Shown here one piece after another: positions 50,727 to 61,462 of a stretch of DNA of 64,000 nt. This DNA is from Longimicrobiales bacterium. GTDB taxonomy: Bacteria; Gemmatimonadota; Gemmatimonadetes; Longimicrobiales; Gaopeijiaceae. The DNA is taken from positions 192,001 to 256,000 of the forward strand of contig CBDCKN010000009.1 of NCBI GenBank assembly GCA_965218295.1. The letters are read 5' to 3'. The translations under genes and the position numbers were made by a program. A model generated the notes under the pieces. That model made no database searches. It saw nothing but the letters and a program-made list of their open reading frames with translations, and was not told the origin of the DNA. Each line of letters opens with the position of its first letter. The stretch's first letter is position 1.

Positions 50727-52150
50727 AACGCACACTCACCATCGGAATCGCCCTGCTCACCGGAACGCTGCTGTTAGGCTGCGGCCCCGCAGACGAGGGT
50801 GGCGGTGACTTCGACCTGGTCATCACGAGTGGCCGGGTCATGGATCCCGAATCGGGTCTCGACGCCGTCCGCACCATCGGAATCCGGGGCGGCAACATCG
50901 CTGCGATCGTCGACGGGGAGATCGATGGCGCACAGACGATCGACGCCACCGGGCTGGTCGTCGCGCCGGGCTTCATCGATCTGCACGAACATGCGCAGTA
51001 CGAGGAGGCCTACGCCCTGATGGTGAGGGACGGAGTCACCTCGGCGCTCGAGCTGGAGGTCGGCACGCCGGACGTGGGCGCGTGGTATGCCGCGCGTGAG
51101 GGAGGGCAGATCGTCAACTACGGAGTGAGCATCGGACACATCGGCGTCCGAATGGACCTCCTCGACGATCCCAGTGAGGGCATTCTGCCCGCTGGGATCG
51201 GAGGTTCGGGAAGCGTGACGCCCGAACAGCTCGATGAGATGGAGCGCCGGATTCGAGAGGGTTTGGCTCAGGGGGCGGTAGCCGTAGGCTTCGGGGCCCC
51301 GTATACACCCGGCGCGACCATGGACGAGATCGAGCGCATGTTCGGCGTGGCGGGTGACATCGGGGCCCCGATCCACATTCACATGCGGAGCGGCGTGCCG
51401 GGCTTCGACTCCACGCTCGCCGCGGCCCGCCGGGCCGGGGCCGCGCTCCACGTCGTGCACATCAACTCGACCTCCGGGCGCGACATCGACCGGTTTCTGG
51501 AGATGGTCGAGGAGACGCGGGCGGCCGGCCAGGACCTCACGACAGAGACGTACCCGTACGGCGCGGGCATGACCGAGATCCAATCCGCACTCTTCGACGA
51601 CTGGGAGAGCTGGAGCGACGAGGACTTCGAGCGCCATCAGCTCGTGTCGACCGGACAGCGGGCTACGCGGGAGACGTTCGCGCAGGCGCGCAGGGAAGGC
51701 GGCACCGTGATCAACCACAGTCGCACGGAAGACATGACACGGACCGCCGTGTTCAGCCCCCTCACGATGATCGCGAGCGACGGCTTCCTCGTGGACGGCC
51801 AGGGCCACCCGCGGACCTCGGGCTCGTACTCGAAGGTGCTCGGGCGCTACGTCCGTGAGGAAGGCGGGCTCACGCTCATTGACGCCCTCAGGAAGATGAC
51901 GGTCATGCCCGCCCGCCGACTCGAGGCGCGCGTTCCCTCGATGGCGAACAAAGGACGCATCCGTGTCGGCGCCGACGCCGACATCACGATCTTCGATCCG
52001 GAGACGGTGATCGACCGCTCGACCTACGAGGACGCTACGATCCCCGCCGCAGGGATTCCCTACGTGATCATCGAGGGGGAGATCGTCGTCGATGACGGAG
52101 AGGTCACGGACGCCCGGCCCGGCCGCGCGATTCGGGCACCGATCGGATGA
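50723..52150 (+). CDS. D-aminoacylase-like amidohydrolase lipoprotein
   Basis: Lipobox LLGC; APGFIDLHEH, IASDG, HPR and GADADITIFDP. Confidence 0.9.
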   Translation: MKRTLTIGIALLTGTLLLGCGPADEGGGDFDLVITSGRVMDPESGLDAVRTIGIRGGNIAAIVDGEIDGAQTIDATGLVVAPGFIDLHEHAQYEEAYALMVRDGVTSALELEVGTPDVGAWYAAREGGQIVNYGVSIGHIGVRMDLLDDPSEGILPAGIGGSGSVTPEQLDEMERRIREGLAQGAVAVGFGAPYTPGATMDEIERMFGVAGDIGAPIHIHMRSGVPGFDSTLAAARRAGAALHVVHINSTSGRDIDRFLEMVEETRAAGQDLTTETYPYGAGMTEIQSALFDDWESWSDEDFERHQLVSTGQRATRETFAQARREGGTVINHSRTEDMTRTAVFSPLTMIASDGFLVDGQGHPRTSGSYSKVLGRYVREEGGLTLIDALRKMTVMPARRLEARVPSMANKGRIRVGADADITIFDPETVIDRSTYEDATIPAAGIPYVIIEGEIVVDDGEVTDARPGRAIRAPIG

Positions 52151-52315
52151 GCGCTCTACCGCAAGGTCACGGTCAAGGTTCGCGAAGGCATTGCAGATGG
52201 CTTTTTCGACGACGGCGACCGTGACGGTCGACGGGGACGTCTGGGTGGAAGGAGGGCGGCTCATCGCGGTCGTTGACCGCTAGCGAGTGCGGAGAACGCC
52301 GCCCAGGAGTTCTCG

Positions 52316-53239
52316 TCAGGCCGTCCGCTCTCTTTCCGGGGCAAAGCGAGGCCGCAACCGCAGGCAGTGTCCCTTGAGCTCCGCCAGGTACGCGGGCTCG
52401 GACTCGGCTCGTAGCAGAAGGCTCGCGAGGCCCTTGTCGTCGCCCACCGGGAAGTACCCGGGGTAATCATCACCGAGCAGTCCCCGGGATCCGGGGATGT
52501 CGGTCGACAGGACCGGCACCCCGGCAACGATCGCTTCCGAGACCACGTTGGCACCGCCCTCGTCGCGCGAGCTGAGTACCATCAGACGGGAGCTCGCGAG
52601 CAGCTCACGAGCTCGATCGAACGGTAGCGGCCCGAGCCATCGATAGCGCGGGTTGGTCTCGGTCTCCTTGCGGGCCTGCTCGCCGAGCTCCTGGTCGAGC
52701 GCGACACCGGCGTGCCGCACGACGATGCGCGAAGTCGCCGGCAAACACCGGGTCGCGACCGCGGCCATCAGTGGATCCTTGATTGCCCGGAGGTGGGACA
52801 GCACCGAGACTTCGAATCGATCCGGCAAGGTCTCCGGGGGCGAGGGCGGGGGCTCAGCCGACTGTAGGATGACATGGACCTTGTCGTGCATCGCCCGCGG
52901 CAAGCGCTCGAGCGCGGCCGGCTGCAGGGCCACGACGCGGGTCGCCATCTCGAGGGCGCGAAGCACTTCGTCGCTCTGGTCGAGGTCGCGATACAGATCG
53001 GTTCCGGCCAACGCGACCACCAGCGGTGCTCCCTGCCGCACTTCGTGGAATCGCCGGATCGATCCGAAGCTCTTTTGTGCATGCAGGGCAATCAAGACTT
53101 CTGCCTCGTCATCCTGCCAGCTCTGAACCAGATTGGTCGGGTGCCCCAACTCTTCCAACAGCCGCTGCCAGCGCATCGAGGTCGTGCGGTTCCCGCCTAG
53201 CGACGTCGCTGGAGCCGGGCTGACCAGGGTGACGTTCAA
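52316..53239 (-). CDS. senB: Selenosugar synthase SenB (TIGR04348 glycosyltransferase)
   Basis: GNRTTSMRW, IALHA.KS, GTDLY, HLRAIKDP, EGGANV.SEA and DYPGYFPVGD; overlaps the upstream EgtB-like gene. Confidence 0.88.
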   Translation of the reverse strand: MNVTLVSPAPATSLGGNRTTSMRWQRLLEELGHPTNLVQSWQDDEAEVLIALHAQKSFGSIRRFHEVRQGAPLVVALAGTDLYRDLDQSDEVLRALEMATRVVALQPAALERLPRAMHDKVHVILQSAEPPPSPPETLPDRFEVSVLSHLRAIKDPLMAAVATRCLPATSRIVVRHAGVALDQELGEQARKETETNPRYRWLGPLPFDRARELLASSRLMVLSSRDEGGANVVSEAIVAGVPVLSTDIPGSRGLLGDDYPGYFPVGDDKGLASLLLRAESEPAYLAELKGHCLRLRPRFAPERERTA

Positions 53240-54546
53240 CGCTCGATCGCGCAGGTGCGAAAACCCGCGAAGACGTCGCGCCGATTCGGCGTGAAGTAGT
53301 TACGCCAGGTCGGGCGCAGCATGCGAGTTCGAGTCATCCAGCAGCCGCCACGCAGGGCCTTGCGACAGCCGAACCACGGCTTCGAGTACTGCTCGTAGGG
53401 GTCGACCACGAAGCCTGGGTACGGCAGGAAGTCGCTGGCGGTCCACTCCCAGACGTTGCCTAGCATCTGCCGGCAGCCGGCGGGCGTGTCACCCGCGGCG
53501 GCTGATGTGATCGGCCAGAGACCGCCACCGTTGCCATCGAGGTTGGCTCTTTCGGGGCTCGGCTCGGGAGAGTCGCCCCATGGGTACCGGCGCCGGGCAC
53601 CGGTCAACGCGTCGCCATCGACCTCGGCCGTCGCCGCAACTTCCCACTCAGGCTCGGTCGGCAGGCGCCGTCCCGCCCAGCGGCACCAGGCGTCCGCCTC
53701 ATACCAGTTGACGTGGACGACTGGGACGTTCACCTCGAGATCCCGCCAGGTGTCGAAGACACGCCTCTGCCACGCATCGCCGAGGAGTCGCCAGTAGACC
53801 GGGCACTCGGCGCCGGAAGCCAGCCGCCAGCGCCAGCCGCGATCACTCCACAGCTCGGACCGTCGATAGCCGCCGTCCTCAACGAACTCCAGAAACTGAG
53901 CCTGGGTCACCGGCGAGCGGGCGATGCGGAACGCCTCGATGTCGACCGGGTGTGCCCACTTTTCGTTGTCGAACACGAACGGTTCGTCTCTGCTCGCGCC
54001 GATGTCGACCCGGCCTCCCGGAATCCTCGCGTCACCGTTCGGCGACGGCTCCGCTGCCGCCTGCGCCGGGCCGAGCCAGCTGGGCGGCGCGTAGCCGAGC
54101 GTCTGACGCATGTAGCAAAACGCTTCCTGGTGCATGTCTTCGTGGAACACAGACAAGAGCAGGAAGTAGCGCAGCTCGGGGCTGGGTTCACCCTCGGCGA
54201 GTCTCTCGAGAACGGCATCCCGCACTCGCTGCCCATAGCTCACGACCTCCGTTCGTCCCGGCATCTTCAAATGCCAGCGCATCTCATGTCCGACATGGGC
54301 CGAGTCGAAGAGGTGATCCGGATCATCGAGCAGGGGCGTTCCACCGAGCGGCGTTTCACCGAGCGCATGACGCAACACCCAGTACTCCTGAAACCATATC
54401 CCGTGACCCAACTCCCACAGGAACGGGTTCACTGTGGGCAAATACGGCACCGACATCTGGTCATCGTCGAGATCGTCCACCATCGCAAACGTTCGCGCGC
54501 GGGCATCCTCGATCCAACTCTGGAGCTGCTTCGTCGACACGCTCAT
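53236..54546 (-). CDS. senA: Selenoneine synthase SenA (EgtB-like DinB + FGE-sulfatase domains)
   Basis: WELGH, HEDMHQE iron ligands, FDNE, RLPTEPEWE and GNVWEW; coupled to senB. Confidence 0.85.
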   Translation of the reverse strand: MSVSTKQLQSWIEDARARTFAMVDDLDDDQMSVPYLPTVNPFLWELGHGIWFQEYWVLRHALGETPLGGTPLLDDPDHLFDSAHVGHEMRWHLKMPGRTEVVSYGQRVRDAVLERLAEGEPSPELRYFLLLSVFHEDMHQEAFCYMRQTLGYAPPSWLGPAQAAAEPSPNGDARIPGGRVDIGASRDEPFVFDNEKWAHPVDIEAFRIARSPVTQAQFLEFVEDGGYRRSELWSDRGWRWRLASGAECPVYWRLLGDAWQRRVFDTWRDLEVNVPVVHVNWYEADAWCRWAGRRLPTEPEWEVAATAEVDGDALTGARRRYPWGDSPEPSPERANLDGNGGGLWPITSAAAGDTPAGCRQMLGNVWEWTASDFLPYPGFVVDPYEQYSKPWFGCRKALRGGCWMTRTRMLRPTWRNYFTPNRRDVFAGFRTCAIER

Positions 54547-54661
54547 TCGAACACCAGCCTATTCTGTTCGATGGAAAATCGAATGATAGCGGGTCGTCAC
54601 TGCGCGCGCCGACGGTGTATTCTTCTGCATCCGGCCAACACATCGAGCACAGGGGGCACAA

Positions 54662-56438
54662 GTGACGTGGGAAATCGTCTTCGTACTGGTTTTGACGATC
54701 TGTGCGGTGGTGCTGTTTGTCACCGAGAAGTTCTCCACCGACGTCGTGGCCATCCTCGTCATGATCGCGCTTCTCGTCTCCGGCGTTCTCACCCCGGCGG
54801 AGGGGTTGGCCGGTTTCGCCAACACCGCAACCGTCACGGTCGGCGCGATGTTCGTGCTCAGCGCCGGAGTGTTCCGGAGCGGCGCGGTGAACTTCGTTGC
54901 CAGAGCGCTTGGGAGACTGGCCCGGCACAGCTCGGGGCTGATGCTGTTCGTGCTGATGGTGGGTGTCGGCGTGCTGTCATCCTTCCTGAACAATACGGCT
55001 GCGGTGGCAATCCTGATCCCTGTCGTCATCGTCGTCGCGCGGCGAGCGGACACGAGCCCCTCGAAACTGCTGATGCCCCTCTCCTACGCCTCCATGTTTG
55101 GGAGGCATGTGCACGGTGCTCGGGACGTCGACCAACATCCTGGCGAGCGCGATCGCCGAGGAGGCAGGGCTCGGAGCCTTCGGCATGTTCGAGTTCACCA
55201 AGCTGGGCGTGATTTTCTTCGCCGTCGGAGTCGCCTACATGATGACGGTGAGCAGAAAGCTCGTTCCCGACCACCGCGGCAAAGGGGATCTGACGAAGAG
55301 CTTCGGTATGGGCGACTACCTGACCGACCTCGTGTTACAGGCGGAATCGAAATCAGTCGGCCAGTCGCTGGCATCGGCGCCGCTCGTCGAAGAGCTCGGC
55401 ATCGAAGTTCTCCAGATCCTACGCGGCGAAGACATCCTGCGCCCGACTCCTGAGACCATCCTTCGCGAACACGACGTTCTTCGAATCAAGGGGGATCTGC
55501 GCACGATCAACGAGCTGAAGGACCGCGCCGGAGTGACCTTCGGAATGAGCATGAAGTGGCGTGACGAGGACCTCGAGTCCACCGACACCAGGCTGGTTGA
55601 GGCCGTGGTGGGGCCCAGCTCACCGCTGGCCGGGAAGTCCCTCGCCGAGTCGCATCTACGAGAGAACTACGGAGCCGCGGTGCTCGCCATCCGCCACCAC
55701 GGAGCGCTGACGCATGGCGAGGTTCAGAACATCAAGCTGATGCCGGGAGACACGCTGCTGATCGACGTACCGAACGATCAGATCGAGCATCTCACCCAGC
55801 AGCGCGTGTTCCTGCTGGTGTCCAGGGCGGGGATCCCACGTTTCAACTGGCCCAAGGCTACCAAGGCGCTCGTCATCGTGGTCTCGGTCCTTGTGATCGC
55901 GGCAACCGGACTGCTGTCGATTGTGGCTGCTGCAGCCGCGGGCGCCCTGATGATGGTGCTGAGCGGGTGCATCTCGACGGAGGAGGCTTACGGGGCGATC
56001 GAGTGGAACGTGCTCTTCCTGCTGGCGGGCATGCTCGCGCTGGGCGCCGCAATGGAAAAAACCGGCGCTTCGACGATGCTGGCGGGAGGGATGATTGACG
56101 GGGTCGGTGGATTCGGGCCGATTGCGCTGCTTGCTGCATTTTTCGGCATCACCATGTTGCTGACAGAAGTGATGTCGAACAACGCGACCGTCGCGCTGTT
56201 ACTCCCCATCGCGATCACCGCCGCGCATGCGATCGACGCGGACCCGCGCGCCTTCATGTTCGCGGTCGTGTTTGCGGCGTCGTCGAGCTTCATGACACCG
56301 GTTGGCTATCAGACGAACACGATGATCTATGGGCCCGGCCAATACCGGTTCGTGGATTTCCTTCGTGTGGGCGCACCACTCAACCTCATATTCTGGGTCT
56401 TGGGCACGCTCTTGATTCCCTGGTTCTGGCCCCTTTAG
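54662..56438 (+). CDS. SLC13-family permease with TrkA-C domains; frameshift near 55100
   Basis: FLNNTAAV, GTSTN, MSNNAT and FMTPVGYQTN; extra G in ATGTTTGGGAGGC. Confidence 0.9.
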
Positions 56439-56478
56439 GCCGGCGGATCGCCGGTCCCGAACACCGTTTCCAGCAAAC

Positions 56479-56580
56479 CAGCACTTTTCGCAGGAGGGCC
56501 TCTGCGCCCTCAGGTCCCCGCACAGGATAGTGCACGAGATCCACGAAGAGCTGCACGTCGGATACCAGGGGGACGCCACT
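56479..56580 (-). pseudogene. Type IV TA AbiEi-like antitoxin C-terminal stump
   Basis: GVPLVSDVQLFVDLVHYPVRGPEGAEALL resembles the VSxxQLYxDL...RGxEAA tail. Confidence 0.55.
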
Positions 56581-56793
56581 CTGCTTGCGCCTACTGGGCC
56601 GCTCTCGGATGTTGACTATGGTCTGATCCCGGAGTGCGTCCGTGTCCGATCCAGTTGTCCGCCTCAATGCCGCCTTGGAAGGCCGCTACGCCAGCTCGCA
56701 CTCCTTGTCTTGCGACGGCAGAAGCCATGGACTCTGACGACGTTAAGCGGGAGACCGGGCCACAGCGCATAGAAACGCAACCAAGGAGGACCC

Positions 56794-57459
<666 letters not shown>

Positions 57460-57480
57460 CCGGTTCTGCCGCCCCGCTGC

Positions 57481-57930
57481 CTACCGCCTGCAGCTGCCCT
57501 CGGCGGGCGTCAACGAAGAGAGGTCGTACTTGAGCGGCGTGGCCCCCGGCCCAACCGTGACGCGCCAGTGCAAGCTCTCCCTTAGGTCAACCGGCCAGGC
57601 GAGCTGCGGGCGCGTCCCGAGCGGAACGAACTCGAGCACGATCTCCCCGACCGTTTGTGGAATCTGTATGCAATTGCGGCCGCCGATGGCCGTCCCCAGC
57701 CTGAAGCCGTTCAGACGGACTGCGATGGGACCGCCCGAGGCATTCTCCACGAGAAGCGTCGGGATCCACGAGTCGGAACGGTTGGCGCGTTCCACACTCG
57801 AGATCGGAGCGGAGCCCTCATCCCCCCCTTGGACGCCTTCGAGGCGTGCGGATCCTCCGGCCGTGGAGCACGCGCTCAAGAACAAGATCAGAAACACTGC
57901 CAGTGGGACTCTTCCACCTCCACCCATCAT
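57481..57930 (-). CDS. Hypothetical lipoprotein
   Basis: AAGGAGG RBS; lipobox FLSAC. Confidence 0.65.
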   Translation of the reverse strand: MMGGGGRVPLAVFLILFLSACSTAGGSARLEGVQGGDEGSAPISSVERANRSDSWIPTLLVENASGGPIAVRLNGFRLGTAIGGRNCIQIPQTVGEIVLEFVPLGTRPQLAWPVDLRESLHWRVTVGPGATPLKYDLSSLTPAEGSCRR

Positions 57931-58147
57931 CCACCTCCTTGTTGTCCCTGTGCCCACCCAGGGGCGCCCTCATCCCCGGTCCCCTGACCCGGGCAAAAAC
58001 CAGTTTCAAAATCTGAGCCCGCCATGGCCGGTTGTCCGGGAAGGCCGACGCCCAGTGAAGGAGTGAGACGGCGAGGGGGACAATGACCTTGAACTGCCCT
58101 CGTAGCCGCTCCCCACCACCCTCCACGTCCCCGATCCACCGACCACG

Positions 58148-58254
58148 ATTGTATCGGTACATTATCCCCTCTAGTTGTCCCTATTGTCGCGGTATCGATG
58201 ACGATAAGCGTTGACAAACGGCCTGTCAATACGTACGATTGTCCCTATGACAAT
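58148..58254 (+). promoter_or_regulatory. Sigma-70 promoter TTGACA-N17-TACGAT with ATTGT/ACAAT operator-like repeats
   Basis: -35 at 58211, -10 at 58234; inverted repeats TTGACA..TGTCAA and ATTGTC..GACAAT. Confidence 0.65.
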
Positions 58255-58325
58255 CTGGAGACCTCGGATCGAGGACGACGCCGCGCCGCGCTATTCTAGC
58301 CATCGCCAACGCCATCGCTCGAGGC
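58247..58325 (+). pseudogene. MocR/GntR-family regulator N-terminal stump
   Basis: MTIWRPRIEDDAAPRY then LAIANAIAR after a one-base slip; resemblance ends there. Confidence 0.55.
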
Positions 58326-58427
58326 ACCTTCGTCCGCGGTCGCGAAGTCGAGGAGTACGGCTGGGCGGCGGCCCGGCCGGAGTGCGCTCCACATCTGGAT
58401 GCCGCCCCCCTCATGACGGAGCTACTG

Positions 58428-58745
58428 ATGGCGTACTACTTGGTTGAAGCAGTGGCTAAGGAAGAGCGACTCCCAGAGCTTGCGGAGCGGCTGGAGCAAG
58501 ACGAGTTCCTTCCCATGCACCCCTTCGGCGCCTCCGTCACATTCTCGCTGCGTGGCGCCCGCAGGCGCCCCGACGGCGGAGTGGTCTGGGAGGAAGAGGA
58601 CTATTGTTCTCCACCACTTGCCCAGGAACGCGCGGCAGTACTCGACGAGTACTTTGAAGACCTTCGCGTCACATCCGTCCAACGGCATGAGGGCTGGGCT
58701 CAGATCCGTGATCTGCCGCCACTCTTCCCTGAGTTGGCGGAGTAA
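58428..58745 (+). CDS. Hypothetical protein
   Basis: GGAG RBS; WEEEDYCSPPLAQERAAVLDEYF looks like a conserved motif. Confidence 0.75.
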   Translation: MAYYLVEAVAKEERLPELAERLEQDEFLPMHPFGASVTFSLRGARRRPDGGVVWEEEDYCSPPLAQERAAVLDEYFEDLRVTSVQRHEGWAQIRDLPPLFPELAE

Positions 58746-58935
58746 CGCGTAGCGGCCCTCCCCCTCTGGTCCCTGGCGCTGGCTGGCTTGTTCATCTGGG
58801 GCGTGGGTTGGTCCTTGACTTGGGGCCTCGTTTGACAGAGTTCTGCTTGCGCTTGCAGCCGCGGGCGGCCAGATCCTATACTGCCCGTTTACGGTCCATT
58901 TAAGGTGTGCGGAGGTGACCCCCTGGAGGTGCCCC

Positions 58936-61233
58936 ATGCGGAAAAGATCACCCTCGCGAATCCTGGCGTGCCTTGCCGGTGCAACCGCCCTCGCAGCATG
59001 CGGCGAACGAGAATCGGGGGGCGCGGACTTTGACGAACTGGCCCACGCCTCTCTGGCGCAGATCGACGGCAGCCTGACGGTGGACGGGTTGACGGCCGAC
59101 GTGGAAGTGCTTCGCGATGAGTGGGGCATCGCACACATCTACGCCCAGAACACAGACGATCTCTTCTTCGCACAAGGGTACGTCCAGGCCCAGGACAGGC
59201 TTTGGCAGATCGACATGTGGCGGCGGGTCAACGAGGGCCGTCTCGGCGAGATCCTGGGTCCTGAGGCGTTCGAGCACGACAAGCTGGCGCGATTGCTCAT
59301 GTACCGGGGCCCTTGGGACGAAGAGTGGACGAGCTATCACCCCAACGGAAAGGCCATTTTCGAGGCCTTCGCCAACGGGGTGAACGCATACATCGACCAG
59401 ATCGGGGACAATCTCCCGGTTGAATACAAGGTCACCGGGCTCAGGCCCTTACGCTGGACTCCGGAGGCTTCGACGGGGCGGGTGGCAACCGCACTTCCGC
59501 TCCGTGCCGCCCGGGCCGAACTAGAACTGGCCCGGCAGGTCGCCGAGTTGGGAGCCGATGAGGCGAACCGTAGAGCCCAGCCCGATCCGTGGAACGAGCT
59601 TCGTATTCCAGAGGGCCTGGACGTGTCGATTATTCCCGAGGCGGTTGGGGCAGTTCTTGGGGAGTTCCGGCGCGGGTTTCCCAAGCCCCAGCTCCTTCCG
59701 GAGTACCAGGGCTTGCCCGGGGCCGTTGCGTCTCTGAACCAGGGGGCCGTGGAGACTTCGCCAGGCAGCAACAACTGGGTGGTAAGCGGCCGCCTGACCG
59801 CGAGTGGCCAGGTCCTGCTCTCCAACGATCCGCACCGCCAGGTTACTAATCCGTCACTCCGGTACTTGATCCACCTGAACGCGCCCGGCTACAGCGTGAT
59901 CGGGGCCACCGAGCCGGCTATTCCCGGGGTGGCCATCGGACATAATGGGAAGGTGGCATGGGGACTCACGATAGTCGGCACCGACCAGGCCGACATTTTT
60001 GTCGAGGAGCTGAGCCCCGTTAACCTGAACGAGGCCCGCTGGAACGATGAGTGGTATCCGCTTCGCATCCAGGAAGAGACCATCGCGATCCGGGGGGAAG
60101 AGCCCCGCTCCGTCGAGCTCAAGTTCAGCAGACACGGCCCCATCTTCTACGTCGACTCGACCAACCACGTAGCGTATGCGATTCGATTGACGTCGACGGA
60201 ACCAGGCACGGGAGGCTATCTGGCCGCACTCAGAATCGCGGACGTAGACAATTGTCGTGAGTTCCTGGACGACGCCATGGCGTACTACAAGGCGCCGACC
60301 GAAAACATGATCTGCGGCGACGCCGGGGGGAACATCGGCTGGTTGGCCGCCGCCCTGACCCCCCGGCGCAAGGGTGGTTGGTACGGGCGGCTGCCAGTGC
60401 CTGGTACTGGCCAATTCGAGTGGGACGGCTTTCGGAGTCACACCGAGCTTCCGCAGGAATACAACCCGGAGCGGGGTTGGATCGCCACGGCCAACCACAA
60501 CATCCTGCCTCCAGGCTATGAGCCGCCGCTCTTCTTCAAACGTGCCCCGTATTCAAGGTGGGACAGACTGCAGCAGATGTTCGCGGACGTGGCTGACCTG
60601 ACCCCCGACGATTTCGAGCGGATGCTGCACGACGCCGTGTACCCATACATCGATGAAGATCTGCCGCTGTTCAGCGGCTGGACCAGCGAGGATGCGGACC
60701 TGGAGTGGGCCCGGTCCCGGCTCGCCGCCTGGGATGGCGTCTACGACAAGGATGAGGCCGCCCCGGCCCTTCACAACGTCTGGCGGAGGAGCTTGAGTGA
60801 GGAGGCTCGCCTGCCGGGAACGGGAGCTGCGGAACGGGGGGCCTTGTCCGAGGCCGCGTTGGCCCGGGCGGTCGAGGAGCTCCGCTCGACCCAGGGCGGG
60901 GACCGGGAGCAATGGCGTTGGGGCCGGATGAACAGAAGTGAGTTCCCCCACTCGCTCGTGAGCGCATACGATCTGGCGTCGGTGGAGAGGTCGGGCGGCG
61001 GCGGAACGGTGGCCTCAAGGAGCGCCACATTCCGCCATATCGTCGATTTTGCCGACCTGGACAACTCGCGTGGCACCAATGCGCCGGGTCAGTCGGGTCA
61101 GCCGGGAAGTCCCTATTACGGGAACCTCCTCTCGTTTTGGGGCAATCAGGAGTTCTTTCCGCTGCTGTACACCAGGGAGGCCGTCGAAGGCCGGGCCGCG
61201 CACCGCCAGACGCTCGGACCGGGAGGCCCGTAG
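58936..61233 (+). CDS. Penicillin acylase-family (Ntn hydrolase) lipoprotein
   Basis: Lipobox LAAC; RDEWGIAHIYA, QDRLWQ, GSNNW, NDPH and PGQSG motifs. Confidence 0.94.
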   Translation: MRKRSPSRILACLAGATALAACGERESGGADFDELAHASLAQIDGSLTVDGLTADVEVLRDEWGIAHIYAQNTDDLFFAQGYVQAQDRLWQIDMWRRVNEGRLGEILGPEAFEHDKLARLLMYRGPWDEEWTSYHPNGKAIFEAFANGVNAYIDQIGDNLPVEYKVTGLRPLRWTPEASTGRVATALPLRAARAELELARQVAELGADEANRRAQPDPWNELRIPEGLDVSIIPEAVGAVLGEFRRGFPKPQLLPEYQGLPGAVASLNQGAVETSPGSNNWVVSGRLTASGQVLLSNDPHRQVTNPSLRYLIHLNAPGYSVIGATEPAIPGVAIGHNGKVAWGLTIVGTDQADIFVEELSPVNLNEARWNDEWYPLRIQEETIAIRGEEPRSVELKFSRHGPIFYVDSTNHVAYAIRLTSTEPGTGGYLAALRIADVDNCREFLDDAMAYYKAPTENMICGDAGGNIGWLAAALTPRRKGGWYGRLPVPGTGQFEWDGFRSHTELPQEYNPERGWIATANHNILPPGYEPPLFFKRAPYSRWDRLQQMFADVADLTPDDFERMLHDAVYPYIDEDLPLFSGWTSEDADLEWARSRLAAWDGVYDKDEAAPALHNVWRRSLSEEARLPGTGAAERGALSEAALARAVEELRSTQGGDREQWRWGRMNRSEFPHSLVSAYDLASVERSGGGGTVASRSATFRHIVDFADLDNSRGTNAPGQSGQPGSPYYGNLLSFWGNQEFFPLLYTREAVEGRAAHRQTLGPGGP

Positions 61234-61462
61234 TCGGGCAGAGGCCCGATTCCTAGACATTTTTCGGGTATCCTACACGGCGCGGATCTTCATCAGCCAG
61301 GACGACTGGGCCAAGGCACGGGACCGGCCTCGCGCTTGACGGGGGGCACCCGTCCGTGGAGTATCACCAAGATGGGCCCTCTCCTTTTCGGCCGCCGGAT
61401 TCGTGTCCTGGGCCAGGTCGTCGAGGGCTTCGGCAGTGCGCGAATCATTCAAGGAGAATGCC

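Noticed and set aside
53236..54546. egtB ergothioneine call
   Set aside because: It is coupled to a TIGR04348-type glycosyltransferase with no egtD nearby, which favours senA.
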